Shown: one piece after another, positions 1 through 10,606 of the stretch
How the letters are laid out: each line of letters opens with the position of its first letter
Numbering within the stretch: position 1 is the first letter of the stretch
From: Pseudomonadota bacterium
Lineage (GTDB): Bacteria; Pseudomonadota; Alphaproteobacteria; Rhodobacterales; Rhodobacteraceae
Direction: 5' to 3'
NCBI GenBank assembly: GCA_038749355.1
Contig: JBCDID010000001.1
Coordinates: 1 to 32,085, forward strand
DNA length: 32,085 bases
Program-made: the position numbers and the translations under genes
Notes under the pieces: generated by a model
What the model saw: the letters and a program-made list of their open reading frames with translations, nothing else
The model's database searches: none
What the model was told of the DNA's origin: nothing

Positions 1-494
1 AGCGACGTCCAGTGCCAGACATCCATCAGGATCACGGTCATCCAGGCACTCAGCGGTTGCTGGGTATAGTTGTAGTCGAACCCGAGCCAGTTCAGCGAGA
101 AACCCAACAGCCCGATATCCGGCAACGCGAAGATGTTCCACATGGCCCCGACCACGTTCCACGGGATCAGGAGCGGCAGCGCCATCAGCACGAGGCACAC
201 GCTCGCCCAAACGCCAGAGCGCGGCATCGCCAGCGCGATGATCACGCCCAGCGGTATCTCGATGGCAAGGATCGTGAATGTGAAGAGCAACTGCCGGCCG
301 AGGGCCGCGTGGAAGCGTTCCGAGGCCAGCGTGTCCACATACCAGCGCTCGCCCACAAACGCGTAGACGCCGTAGAACACCTCCTGCACCGAGTAGTTCA
401 CCACCGTCATCAACGGGATGATCGCGTTCATGGCCACCAGGATCAGGACCGGCAGCACCATGAACCAGGCGCGTTGGTTGACTGTCTTGGTCAT
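1..494 (-). CDS. glpP: Glycerol ABC transporter permease (CUT1 family), runs off the left edge of the window
   Basis: Not in the ORF track. Manual translation from ATG at 494 (ATGA overlap with the glpT stop) gives MTKTVNQRAWFMVLPVLILVAMNAIIPLMTVVNYSVQE...LPLLIPWNVVGAIW...ILMDVWHWTS, a hydrophobic sugar-ABC permease. Its position follows the glpD-glpS-glpT-glpP order known from rhizobia. Confidence 0.85.
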   Translation of the reverse strand, partial: MTKTVNQRAWFMVLPVLILVAMNAIIPLMTVVNYSVQEVFYGVYAFVGERWYVDTLASERFHAALGRQLLFTFTILAIEIPLGVIIALAMPRSGVWASVCLVLMALPLLIPWNVVGAMWNIFALPDIGLLGFSLNWLGFDYNYTQQPLSAWMTVILMDVWHWTS

Positions 495-1554
495 GGGGCG
501 ACCCTCCAGCCGTCCGCGTAGACATGCGTGGCGGCGGGGTCGAAAGCGAGGTGGATGCGGCCCGCGGGGACCTCTCCGGCCTCGGGCAGGATGGCGTTAA
601 GTTCCGTGTCGCCATGGCGTGCACGCAGGATGCGGTGATGACCGATGTCTTCCACCCGCTCGACGTCTACTGGCAGGCCATCGGAGGCAATCCGAGTATG
701 CTCCGGGCGCACGCCGATCTCCACCGGGCCGTTAACCGTGTAGCCCTGCCCCAGAGGAATCGCGGTCCCGTTCACCTGCGCCTCAGCCCCCGAGACCTCG
801 GCAGGCAGAACGTTCATCCCCGGCGAGCCAATGAAGTAACCGACAAAGGTGTGTGCCGGCCGCTCAAACAGCTCCTGCGGCGTGCCGAGCTGCAGCACCT
901 CACCGTCCAGCATCACCACCACCTTGTCGGCAAAGGAAAGCGCCTCGGTCTGGTCATGGGTCACATAGATCATCGTGTGGCCGAACTGGCGGTGGAGCTC
1001 CTTCAATTGCGTGCGCAGCTCCCACTTCATGTGCGGGTCGATGACAGTCAGCGGCTCGTCAAAGAGGATCGCGGCCACGTCCTCGCGCACCATCCCACGG
1101 CCCAGCGAGATCTTCTGCTTGGCATCCGCCGTCAGTCCCTGCGCGCGGCGGGTCAGGTCGGCACTGAGCCCCGTCATCTCGGCAATTTCGCGCACGCGCC
1201 GGTCGACATAGCCTTCATCGGCACCGCGATTGCGCAGCGGGAAGGCCAGATTGTCGTAAACGCTCATCGTGTCGTAGACGACCGGGAACTGGAAGACCTG
1301 CGCGATGTTGCGATCCGTGGTGGCGGCGCGCGTGACATCCTGATCGCCGAAGAGGATCCGCCCATGCGACGGGATCAGCAGCCCCGAAATCAGGTTCAAC
1401 AGCGTGGTCTTTCCACAGCCGGACGGGCCGAGCAGCGCGTAGGCCTCGCCATCCTCCCAAACATGGTCGATGGAGGGGCGCAGCGCATAGTCAGAGGGCG
1501 CCGATGGGTTCGGGCCGTAGGCATGGGCCAGACTGTCAAGGCGGATCGCAACCA

Positions 1555-1555
<1 letters not shown>
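491..1555 (-). CDS. glpT: Glycerol ABC transporter ATP-binding subunit
   Basis: Walker A GPSGCGKT, degenerate signature LTADAKQK, Walker B ILFDEP, YVTHDQ H-loop, C-terminal TOBE-like region; second ATPase after glpD. Confidence 0.88.
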
Positions 1556-2637
<1,082 letters not shown>

Positions 2638-2646
2638 CGTCCCCCC

Positions 2647-4140
2647 TCAGGCCGCTGCCGGACCAGCGGTTTCTTTGACCGCTTCGCGCATCCAGTCCGC
2701 CAAAACTTCAACCTCTGCCGGTGCAAAACGCAAGCCGAGTTTGCTGCGCCGCCAGAGTACGTCGTCCGTGGTGCGCGCCCATTCGCGGGCAATGAGCCAG
2801 CGCAATTCGACCTCGTAGAGGCCATGGCCAAAGTCCTGACCGAGATCGCCATCGGCCTCCGTCAGCATCCTGATCGCATCCGTCCCATAGGCCTTGGCGA
2901 GCCTGAGAGCGGTCGCGGGATCGACGTCCGAGGTCACGGCGACCTGGCCTGCCAGCGCCTGAACGCCGTCCACCGGGAAATCGCCACCCGGCAGGGCCAC
3001 GCCCGCAGTCCAGGGCTTGCCCATGTCCATAACCTCACCCAGCCGAGCCAGCACGTCTTCCGATAGCTTTCGGTAGGTGGTGATCTTGCCGCCATAAATG
3101 TTGAGGATCGGCGCGCCCAGGTCGCGGTCCAGTTTCAGCACGTAGTCGCGGGTCGCCTTGCTGGCCGACTCCGACCCGTCATCGAACAGCGGCCGCACCC
3201 CGGAATAGGTCCAGACGATGTCATCGGTGGTAACGAGCTTGGCGAAGTACTCGCTGACCAGCTTGCAGAGATAGGCCGCTTCCTCGGGCGAGCACTCGGC
3301 AGTCTTTGGGTCGCCCTCGTGTTCAACGTCGGTCGTCCCGATCAGGGTGAAGTCGGTCTCGTATGGGATCGCGAAGACGATCCGCCCGTCCGCGTGCTGG
3401 AAGATATAGGCGCGGTCATGATCGAAGAGCTTGCGGGTCACGATGTGGCTGCCGCGCACGAGGCGCACATGCTCGGAGGTGTTCAGCCCTGCCCGGTTAC
3501 GCGCCATCTCCTCGGCCCAGGGGCCTGCCGCGTTCACGAGCGCGCGGGCGCGGATGGTGCGGCCATCCTCCAGCGTCACGGACCATGTGCCTTCCTCGAC
3601 ACGGGCGGAGACACAGGCCGTGCGCACCGCGATCTCGGCACCCCGGTCAACGGCATCACGGGCGTTCAGAACCACAAGCCGCGAGTCCTCGACCCAGCAG
3701 TCCGAGTATTCGAACCCCCTGGCGAACCGGTTGTTCAGGGGCGCGCCCGCGGCATCGCGGGCCAGATCCAGCGTCCGTGTAGCGGGCAGGATCTTCCGCC
3801 CACCAAGGTTGTCATAGATGAACAGACCGAGCCGCAGCAGCCATGCCGGGCGCAGCCCCTTGTGGTGCGGCAACACGAAACGCATGGGCCAGGAGATGTG
3901 CGGCATCGCCTTAAGCAGCACCTCGCGCTCTTGCAGGGACTCGCGAACCAGCCGGAACGCGTAGTGTTCAAGATAGCGCAGGCCGCCATGGAAGAGTTTG
4001 GTTGAGGAGGAAGACGTCGCCTCGCCCAGATCGCCCTTTTCACAGAGGAAGACCGACTTTCCGCGCCCGGCCGCATCGCGGGCGATCCCGCAGCCGTTCA
4101 CGCCGCCGCCGACAATGCAGATGTCGTAGATGTCCGACAC
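2647..4140 (-). CDS. glpD: FAD-dependent glycerol-3-phosphate dehydrogenase
   Basis: IVGGGVNGCGIARDAAGRG FAD motif, TSSSSTKLFHGGLRYLE, GVRPL, GGKITTYR, DVLWRRSKLGL. Start moved to GTG at 4140, preceded by a GGAGG RBS. Confidence 0.95.
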   Translation of the reverse strand: MSDIYDICIVGGGVNGCGIARDAAGRGKSVFLCEKGDLGEATSSSSTKLFHGGLRYLEHYAFRLVRESLQEREVLLKAMPHISWPMRFVLPHHKGLRPAWLLRLGLFIYDNLGGRKILPATRTLDLARDAAGAPLNNRFARGFEYSDCWVEDSRLVVLNARDAVDRGAEIAVRTACVSARVEEGTWSVTLEDGRTIRARALVNAAGPWAEEMARNRAGLNTSEHVRLVRGSHIVTRKLFDHDRAYIFQHADGRIVFAIPYETDFTLIGTTDVEHEGDPKTAECSPEEAAYLCKLVSEYFAKLVTTDDIVWTYSGVRPLFDDGSESASKATRDYVLKLDRDLGAPILNIYGGKITTYRKLSEDVLARLGEVMDMGKPWTAGVALPGGDFPVDGVQALAGQVAVTSDVDPATALRLAKAYGTDAIRMLTEADGDLGQDFGHGLYEVELRWLIAREWARTTDDVLWRRSKLGLRFAPAEVEVLADWMREAVKETAGPAAA

Positions 4141-4150
4141 GCCCCCTCCG

Positions 4151-4190
4151 AGTTCGTTAGCGCTCGATAATGTTCGATTATTTTCGTTTC
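4151..4190. promoter_or_regulatory. Putative GlpR operator array: four phased 10-bp direct repeats
   Basis: AGTTCGTTAG / CGCTCGATAA / TGTTCGATTA / TTTTCGTTTC, with TCG at the same position every 10 bp between divergent glpD and glpR; resembles the TGTTCGAT half-site of the E. coli GlpR operator. Confidence 0.7.
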
Positions 4191-4316
4191 GCAAGAGATT
4201 TTCCCGATAAGGCTCAACCCGACACGACGATACTCACTATGCGGGTGCATTCGAAAATCAGTTCAGGCTTGCAAATCCACGAGTTTTCCGGTTCCGTGAC
4301 CGCAAGGGAGCACGTC

Positions 4317-5084
4317 TTGGCCACCACATTCCGACAGCAGGAAATCATCGAAGTTGCGCGCAATGAGGGGCGCGTCACTGTGGAAGGACTGGCCCAGCGA
4401 TTCGATGTGACACCGCAGACGATCCGCCGAGATCTCGGGCAGTTGTGCTCCGACGGTGTGCTCAGCCGGGTGCATGGTGGCGCGGTGCTTGTCTCGGGCC
4501 GGGCAAATATCGGCTACGAGACCCGGCGCGGCATGGCCGAGGAGGCCAAGCGTTCCATTGGCCGGATCTGCGCTGCGGCGATCCCCAATGACTGTTCGCT
4601 TTTCATCAATATCGGGACAACCACCGAGGCGGTTGCGCGCCAGCTTCTGGATCATCGCGGGCTGATGGCAATCACCAACAACCTGAACGTTGCCAACACA
4701 CTGGCCGAGAACGCCGACTGCGAAGTGGTGGTCGCGGGCGGATTGCTGCGCCGGTCGGATGGCGGTCTGGTCGGTGAAGCTACCGAGGATTTCTTCGAAC
4801 GGTTCAAGGTCGACTACGCGATCATCGGGGCCTCGGCGCTGGACGAGGACGGGGCGTTGCTGGACTTCGACATGCGCGAGGTGCGGGTTGCCCAGTCCAT
4901 CATCGCAAACGCCCGCCAGACCTGGCTTGTGGCGGATGCGACCAAGTTCACGCGGACCGCGCCTGTCCGGATCACCGGGCTCGACGCGCTCGACGGGTTC
5001 TTCACGGATGCCGCGCCGCCGGAGTCCATCCGGGCACTCTGCGAGACCCACGGGGTCGCGCTGCACGTGGCGGCAGCGGGATAA
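4317..5084 (+). CDS. glpR: DeoR/GlpR family transcriptional repressor
   Basis: HTH VTPQTIRRDL, RVHGGA, INIGTTTE, ADATKF. Start moved to TTG at 4317 after a GGGAG RBS; divergent from glpD. Confidence 0.92.
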   Translation: MATTFRQQEIIEVARNEGRVTVEGLAQRFDVTPQTIRRDLGQLCSDGVLSRVHGGAVLVSGRANIGYETRRGMAEEAKRSIGRICAAAIPNDCSLFINIGTTTEAVARQLLDHRGLMAITNNLNVANTLAENADCEVVVAGGLLRRSDGGLVGEATEDFFERFKVDYAIIGASALDEDGALLDFDMREVRVAQSIIANARQTWLVADATKFTRTAPVRITGLDALDGFFTDAAPPESIRALCETHGVALHVAAAG

Positions 5085-5193
5085 GGTCTCCATCACATCC
5101 TGATCCCGCCGCCTACCTTTGCATCGGAGCCTCATACAATGGCCGTCTGCTCCCAAAGGCGCTGGAATGCACGAGACTAAGAGGCGGATGACT

Positions 5194-6504
5194 TCAGGGA
5201 TTAGAGGTGCGCCCACTCAGAATCCGTTCGGCGGTATCGCGGCAGGGTTCGACAACGCTCATCGGATCCAGTTCGGCCTGCCAGTCCGTTCCGGGGGCGA
5301 GTTCGGCAAGCGCTTCTGGCAGCGGTTTGCTGGTCGCCACCGCCTGCTTGACCAGCGCCTGAGCCTCCGGGCGAGGCAATGTTTGGGCCAGGATGAAGCT
5401 CGCCTGCTCGGCCATGACACCTGACTGCGAGGCAAGAGTGGCAGCCATCCGATCCGCACACGGCTCCAGGGTCTCTGCAAGCGTGGTCGCGTGCCGGAGC
5501 GCAGCGCCAGTTGCGACCAGCATCTGTGGCAGCAGCACCCAATCGAGTGGCCATGCAGTGCCGTCGCGTTCCTCGTCATGTGTTGCCGCCGCCGCCAGCC
5601 CGGCATGCGCGTTCCGGATCAGCTGTGCGAGCACGCGAATGGTCTCCGGTCCCACCGGGTTGGCCTTCTGCGGCATGGTCGAGGAGCCACCGCCCGTACC
5701 TGCCTGCGCCTCGGCAATTTCCGGCCGCATCATCAGGATCAGGTCTCCAGCCATCTTGTCGAGCGCCGTCGAGACCCCTAGTAGCCAGTTGGCGAGCGCC
5801 AGCGGGCCATTGCGGTTCGTGTGCCATGGCGGACTTGCTGCAAGGCCGAGGGCGTCGGCCAACGCATCCGCTATGGCCGACCCGTGCGGCGCAATCGCCG
5901 TGTTCGCCCCCGATGCCCCGCCAAACTGCACCCGCAGAGCCTTTTCGCGGACTGAGCTAATTTCCGTTTCAGCTTCGATCAGCGGGGCCGCCCATTGTGC
6001 AATCCGAAGCCCAAAGGTGATCGGCGTCGCGATCTGGGATCGAGTCCGCCCCGCCATGACTGTGCTTTCATTGGCGCGGGATTGCGCAACCAGCATGTCC
6101 AGGAGTGTGGCCAGTCTTGGCTGAAGGACATCCAGTGCGGCTTGCCAGCCGAGCACGTGCGCGGTGTCGATCGCGTCTTGGCTGGTGGCACCCCAATGGA
6201 GCCATTGGCCGTGCTGCTCGGGAAGGTGCCGCCTCAGTTCCGAGACCAGCGCCGGGACGGGCACGCCCGAACTGGCGACGCCCTGAGCCAACGGTCCCAG
6301 ATCTAGTTCGGCCCCGGCAAGACCGTGGTCGATGGCATGGCCAACTTCTGCCGGAATGACTCCGAGCGTGCCCTGAACCAACGCGAGCTTGCGCTCGAAC
6401 AGAACCATCCGCGATATGTCCTGCGTGTCGCCCAAAATCTCGCTGAGCTCCGCATCCCCAAAGAGGGTGCCGTATAGCGGGCTTTCGAGCAGGTTCAGAG
6501 CCAT
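5194..6504 (-). CDS. pcaB: 3-carboxy-cis,cis-muconate cycloisomerase (fumarase/lyase superfamily)
   Basis: HWGATSQD, MAGRT and GSSTMPQKANP signature; last gene of the pca cluster. True start is ATG 6504 (MALNLL, GGAG RBS); the longer ORF N-terminus is translated repeat DNA. Confidence 0.88.
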   Translation of the reverse strand: MALNLLESPLYGTLFGDAELSEILGDTQDISRMVLFERKLALVQGTLGVIPAEVGHAIDHGLAGAELDLGPLAQGVASSGVPVPALVSELRRHLPEQHGQWLHWGATSQDAIDTAHVLGWQAALDVLQPRLATLLDMLVAQSRANESTVMAGRTRSQIATPITFGLRIAQWAAPLIEAETEISSVREKALRVQFGGASGANTAIAPHGSAIADALADALGLAASPPWHTNRNGPLALANWLLGVSTALDKMAGDLILMMRPEIAEAQAGTGGGSSTMPQKANPVGPETIRVLAQLIRNAHAGLAAAATHDEERDGTAWPLDWVLLPQMLVATGAALRHATTLAETLEPCADRMAATLASQSGVMAEQASFILAQTLPRPEAQALVKQAVATSKPLPEALAELAPGTDWQAELDPMSVVEPCRDTAERILSGRTSNP

Positions 6505-6529
6505 GTGGTTCTCCGGCCCTTCGGGCTCC

Positions 6530-6594
6530 GGTGCATCATGGATGCACCCTACACGGGTCGCGCAAGGCTGCGTAGGGTGCATCCACGATGCACC
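6530..6594. repeat. GTAG-family REP inverted doublet (REPIN/BIME-like), copy 1, simple 3-nt loops
   Basis: GGTGCATCATGGATGCACCCTAC (6530-6552), 19-bp spacer, GTAGGGTGCATCCACGATGCACC (6572-6594). Flanking hairpin GCCC-TTC-GGGC at 6516-6526. Confidence 0.9.
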
Positions 6595-6617
6595 CTTGTC
6601 TTCCTTGGCGAGACTTG

Positions 6618-7247
6618 TCAGCCAACAATCGTCGCTTCGGTCTTCTCGCGGATCTCGTCCGCTGAAACGTCATCCGCCGTCTCGACGATCTTCAGACCGC
6701 CCTCGACCACGTCAAAGACGCCGAGATTGGTGATGATCCGATCCACCACGCCCGCACCGGTCAGAGGCAGCGAGCACTCTTTCAGGAGCTTCGTCTCGCC
6801 CTTCTTGTTGGTGTGGTCCATGATCACGATCACGCGCTTGACACCCGCGACCAGATCCATGGCCCCGCCCATGCCCTTCACCAGCTTGCCGGGGATCATC
6901 CAGTTCGCGAGGTCGCCGTTCTCGGCCACTTCCATGGCACCGAGGATCGACAGGTTGATGTGCCCGCCGCGGATCATCGCGAAGCTATCAGCAGACGAGA
7001 AATAACTCGTGCGGTCCAGTTCCGTGATCGTCTGCTTACCGGCATTGATCAGGTCGGCATCGATCTCCTGCTCGGTCGGGAACGGCCCCATGCCCAGCAT
7101 CCCGTTCTCGGATTGCAGTGTCACATCAACACCTTCGGGGATGTAGTTGGACACCAGTGTCGGGATCCCGATCCCGAGGTTCACATAGAACCCGTCTTCC
7201 AGTTCCTGCGCGGCACGCGCCGCCATTTGATTGCGATCCCAGGGCAT
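6618..7247 (-). CDS. scoB: 3-oxoacid CoA-transferase subunit B (ScoB/PcaJ family)
   Basis: [25 protein letters not shown], catalytic [15 protein letters not shown]; start ATG 7247 with AAGGAG RBS. Confidence 0.88.
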   Translation of the reverse strand: MPWDRNQMAARAAQELEDGFYVNLGIGIPTLVSNYIPEGVDVTLQSENGMLGMGPFPTEQEIDADLINAGKQTITELDRTSYFSSADSFAMIRGGHINLSILGAMEVAENGDLANWMIPGKLVKGMGGAMDLVAGVKRVIVIMDHTNKKGETKLLKECSLPLTGAGVVDRIITNLGVFDVVEGGLKIVETADDVSADEIREKTEATIVG

Positions 7248-7279
7248 TGCCTTGCTCCTTCTGGTCCGTGTTTCCGGCG

Positions 7280-7702
7280 TCAGTCGAACGTAAAGACGTC
7301 CGCGCCACCTATTTTCATCGTGCCGCAGTTCACCTCCGCGCCCGCCGCATCCATGCAGCGCCAGCCCGTCATGCGAACCTTGGTCAATTCCTCGCACGTG
7401 TGGTCGTCGTTCTCGATCCCGATCTCGCCGCTGCAGTCGGTGTCGACCCAGCCTTCGGGGCTCCAGGACGCGATGCAGGTCTTCACCTTGTCCCCGCGCA
7501 CATGCACCTCGTACTGCACATCAACCTTCGAGTAGTTCGCCCCGAACGTATCGAAGCCGAGGCCGAACTCGCATTCCTTGAAGAGCTCGCTGTAGCCCTT
7601 GATCTGCATCCACACGCCCACATCAGCCTGCGCTGGCGCGAGGGTCAGCACGGACAGCGCCAAACCGGTCAACGCCGCACGACTGACCCGTGCGCCGGTC
7701 AC
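7280..7702 (-). CDS. Hypothetical secreted protein, 140 aa, six cysteines
   Basis: GTG start overlaps the scoA stop (GTGA). Signal peptide [22 protein letters not shown]; mature part has six Cys. Fills the gap between the two CoA-transferase genes on the same strand. Confidence 0.75.
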   Translation of the reverse strand: MTGARVSRAALTGLALSVLTLAPAQADVGVWMQIKGYSELFKECEFGLGFDTFGANYSKVDVQYEVHVRGDKVKTCIASWSPEGWVDTDCSGEIGIENDDHTCEELTKVRMTGWRCMDAAGAEVNCGTMKIGGADVFTFD

Positions 7703-8394
7703 GCCGCCCTCACGGTGCGTTGTTCGATGCGCTTCTCGTGGTCGCCTTTGATGATGCGCTGCACGAAGATCCCCGGCGTGTGGATCAGATCAGGATCCAG
7801 CGAACCGGTGGGCACCAGTTCCTCGACCTCGGCCACGGTCACCCGGCCCGAGGTGGCGACCATCGGGTTAAAGTTCCGGGCGGTCTTGCGGTAGATCAGG
7901 TTGCCCTGCTCGTCGCCCTTCCAGGCCTTCACAATGGCGAGGTCCGCGACGATGCCGCGCTCCATGATGTAGGTCTCGCCGTCGAAGTCCTTGTGCTCCT
8001 TACCTTCGGCAATCTGGGTGCCGACACCGGTCTTGGTATAGAAGCCCGGGATCCCTGCGCCACCGGCGCGCAGGCGCTCGGCTAGCGTGCCTTGCGGGTT
8101 GAACTCGATCTGCAACTCGCCCGATAGGTATTGCTGCATGAAGAGGTCGTTCTCGCCCACGTAAGACGAGATCATCTTCGCGACCTGCTTGTCCTGCAAC
8201 AGCAGCCCAAGGCCGAAATCATCGACCCCCGCATTGTTCGAGGCAATCGTCAGCCCCTTCACGCCCGAGGCCTTGATCGCCGTGATCAGGTTCTCCGGAA
8301 TGCCGCAAAGGCCGAAGCCGCCTGCCGCGATCATCATGTCATCGCTGAGCAGCCCCTCCAGGGCCTCCGCAGCGCTCGAATAGACTTTTCCCAT
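7699..8394 (-). CDS. scoA: 3-oxoacid CoA-transferase subunit A (ScoA-like)
   Basis: GGFGLCGIPENLI, SNNAG, SSYVGEN, PQGTLAERLRAGGAGIP, TARNFNP; start ATG 8394 (MGKVY). Motifs look closer to succinyl-CoA:acetoacetate transferase than to classical PcaI. Confidence 0.88.
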   Translation of the reverse strand: MGKVYSSAAEALEGLLSDDMMIAAGGFGLCGIPENLITAIKASGVKGLTIASNNAGVDDFGLGLLLQDKQVAKMISSYVGENDLFMQQYLSGELQIEFNPQGTLAERLRAGGAGIPGFYTKTGVGTQIAEGKEHKDFDGETYIMERGIVADLAIVKAWKGDEQGNLIYRKTARNFNPMVATSGRVTVAEVEELVPTGSLDPDLIHTPGIFVQRIIKGDHEKRIEQRTVRAA

Positions 8395-8407
8395 TTCCTG
8401 TCCTCTC

Positions 8408-9244
8408 TCAGGCGGCTCGAAGAGGCAGGTCCAGGATCTCCCGGGCCTGCTGCCATGTTGCGACGGGGCGGTCGTGCTTTTCGCAGATCTCGACAGCCCG
8501 GCGGACCAGCGCCGCGTTTGAGGGTGCGAGCGTGTTCCGGTCGAGGCGGATATTGTCCTCCAACCCGGTCCGCGTGTGTCCCCCTGCGGCAATGCACCAT
8601 TCGTTAACGACGGCCTGCCCGGCACCAATGCCAGCAGCGCACCATTCGGCCTCGGGTGCGAGGCGTTCCACCGTCTTGATGTAATAGTCGAACACTTCCC
8701 GGTCGACGGGCATAGCGTTCTTCACGCCCATGACGAACGGGATGTAGAGCTTCTTCGGCAGCCGCCCGTCCTTGTGCATGGCGACGGCCTGATGGATGTG
8801 GGAGAGATCGAAGGCCTCGATCTCCGGCATCACATCGTAGTTCACCATTTCGCTGGAGAGCCATGCCACCAGGTCGGGCGGGTTCTCGTAAACCCGGGTC
8901 GGGAAGTTGTTGGAGCCGACCGACAGCGAGGCCATGTCGGGCCGCAGTGGCAGCATGCCGCCTCGCGCCTGACCCGCACCCGAGCGCCCGCCCGTCGAGA
9001 GTTGGACAATCATGCCGGGGCAGTGCTTCTCAATCCCTTCCTTCAGACGCGCGAAGCGGTCGGGGTCCGAGGTCGGTGTTCCGTCCTCCTCCCGCACATG
9101 GCAATGGGCAATCGTGGCGCCAGCCTCGAAGGCCTCATGCGTGCTTTCGACCTGTTCCTCGATCAGGATCGGCACCGCCGGATTGTCGGCCTGCTGCGGC
9201 ACGCTCCCGGTGATCGCCACGCAGATGATGCAGGGTTTGGTCAT
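8408..9244 (-). CDS. DUF849 / beta-keto acid cleavage enzyme (BKACE, Kce family)
   Basis: CIICVAITGS N-terminus, metal-binding HCH, STGG and RTGLEDN motifs; start ATG 9244, directly after pcaG. Confidence 0.9.
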   Translation of the reverse strand: MTKPCIICVAITGSVPQQADNPAVPILIEEQVESTHEAFEAGATIAHCHVREEDGTPTSDPDRFARLKEGIEKHCPGMIVQLSTGGRSGAGQARGGMLPLRPDMASLSVGSNNFPTRVYENPPDLVAWLSSEMVNYDVMPEIEAFDLSHIHQAVAMHKDGRLPKKLYIPFVMGVKNAMPVDREVFDYYIKTVERLAPEAEWCAAGIGAGQAVVNEWCIAAGGHTRTGLEDNIRLDRNTLAPSNAALVRRAVEICEKHDRPVATWQQAREILDLPLRAA

Positions 9245-9254
9245 GTCTCGGCCC

Positions 9255-9863
9255 TCAGATGTCGAAGAAGATTGTTTCGCCTTCACCCTGGAGGCGGATA
9301 TCGAAACGGTATTCACCCTCACCCGTCTTGGCAGCGATCAGGGTTGGCACGCGGTTCTGGTGCTCGATGCGGCTGAGGATCGGGTCCTTGCCAGTGTCAT
9401 CCTCCGGGAAGTACATCCGCGTCTGCAGCCCGATATTGATGCCACGCGCCACGACCCAGAAGCTGATATGCGGCGCCTGCAGCCGCCCGTCGGGGAACGG
9501 AACCGCACCGGGACGCACCGTGTCAAAGCGCCACTCTCCGGTCGTGTAATCCCCTGCGCGCCGGCCCCAGCCGGTGAAGTTCGGGTCGGCCGCACCGCGC
9601 GGATCGTTGCCCGGGTAGATGCCGTCGGCATCGGCTTGCCAGATCTCGACCAGCGCATCCTTCAGCGGTGTCCCAGTCCCATCATAGACTGTTCCCGTGA
9701 CGGTGATCCGCTCACCCCGTGTCTGGTCATTGACCATTGTGACGCCGAGGTCCTCCGGAAACACGCCTTCGATCCCGCAGAAATTCGGCACGCACCCGAT
9801 ATGGACATAAGGCCCCGCGGTCTGGCTCGGGCTTTCCTTCAACTGATCAAGCTTCTGGACCAT
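9255..9863 (-). CDS. pcaG: Protocatechuate 3,4-dioxygenase alpha subunit
   Basis: ESPSQTAGPYVHIG, EIWQADADG, QAPHI, ARGINIGLQTRMYF, FDIRLQGEGETIFFDI; start ATG 9863 coupled to the pcaH stop (TGATG). Confidence 0.95.
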   Translation of the reverse strand: MVQKLDQLKESPSQTAGPYVHIGCVPNFCGIEGVFPEDLGVTMVNDQTRGERITVTGTVYDGTGTPLKDALVEIWQADADGIYPGNDPRGAADPNFTGWGRRAGDYTTGEWRFDTVRPGAVPFPDGRLQAPHISFWVVARGINIGLQTRMYFPEDDTGKDPILSRIEHQNRVPTLIAAKTGEGEYRFDIRLQGEGETIFFDI

Positions 9864-10606
9864 CACATGCCCTCCACGCGGTTCTCGAACATGGTCTGGC
9901 GCTTGCCGCGCAGCACCATGTCGAACTTGTAGGCCCGTGCATCCATAGGCACTGTGCGGTTCATGTCCAGTGGTGCAATGAGGTCCTCGATCCCCTCCCG
10001 ATGCGGCACCACGTCCACAATTGGGCAGAGCCAGATCAGAGGGTCGCCCTCGAAATACATCTGGGTGATCAGCCGCTGGCAGAAGCCGCGACCGAACAGC
10101 GAGAAGTGGATGTGCGCAGGGCGCCAGTCGTTCGCCCGGTTCGGCCAAGGATAGGGCCCGGGCATGATGGTGCGAAACTCGTAGGAGCCATCATCGGCCG
10201 TGATCGTCCGCCCGCAGCCGCCAAAATTGGGGTCGAGTGGCGCGACATAGCTTTCCTTGGCATGGCGATAACGCCCACCCGCATTGGCCTGCCAGAACTC
10301 GAGGAGCGTGTTTGGCACCCCGCGCCCGGTCTCGTCCAGCACCCGGCCGTAGACCACGATGCGCGGACCGATGGCGCTCTCGCCCTCGGCGGCGTAATTG
10401 TGGATCAGATCGTTGTCCAAGGGGCCGATGATGTTGTGGCCGAAGACCGGTGCTGTCGCCTCGGACAGCGTCTGCGGCATCGACAGCAGTGCACGGCTGG
10501 GCGAGCGCGCGACGGACGACTTGTACTGCGGCGTCAGTGCGGCGGGCTGCCAACCTCGGTCACGCGGAAAGAACCCGCCGCCGGGCGGCTGGTTGGTGAG
10601 TGTCAT
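9863..10606 (-). CDS. pcaH: Protocatechuate 3,4-dioxygenase beta subunit
   Basis: [26 protein letters not shown] and WRPAHIHFS iron-ligand motifs. Confidence 0.96.
   Translation of the reverse strand: MTLTNQPPGGGFFPRDRGWQPAALTPQYKSSVARSPSRALLSMPQTLSEATAPVFGHNIIGPLDNDLIHNYAAEGESAIGPRIVVYGRVLDETGRGVPNTLLEFWQANAGGRYRHAKESYVAPLDPNFGGCGRTITADDGSYEFRTIMPGPYPWPNRANDWRPAHIHFSLFGRGFCQRLITQMYFEGDPLIWLCPIVDVVPHREGIEDLIAPLDMNRTVPMDARAYKFDMVLRGKRQTMFENRVEGM

Noticed and set aside
5085-5193. Imperfect stem (CCTTTG..GGAGC / GCTCC-CAAAGG) between convergent glpR and pcaB, and the 101-aa ORF at 5119-5424
   Set aside because: Bulged stem with no U-tract and no second copy in the window; the ORF is mostly antisense to pcaB.
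6505-6582. 26-aa N-terminal extension of pcaB (MHPTQPCATRVGCIHDAP...) and other short ORFs containing VGCIHDAP or GASWMHPT
   Set aside because: These are translations of the REP doublets; the real start at 6504 has its own RBS.
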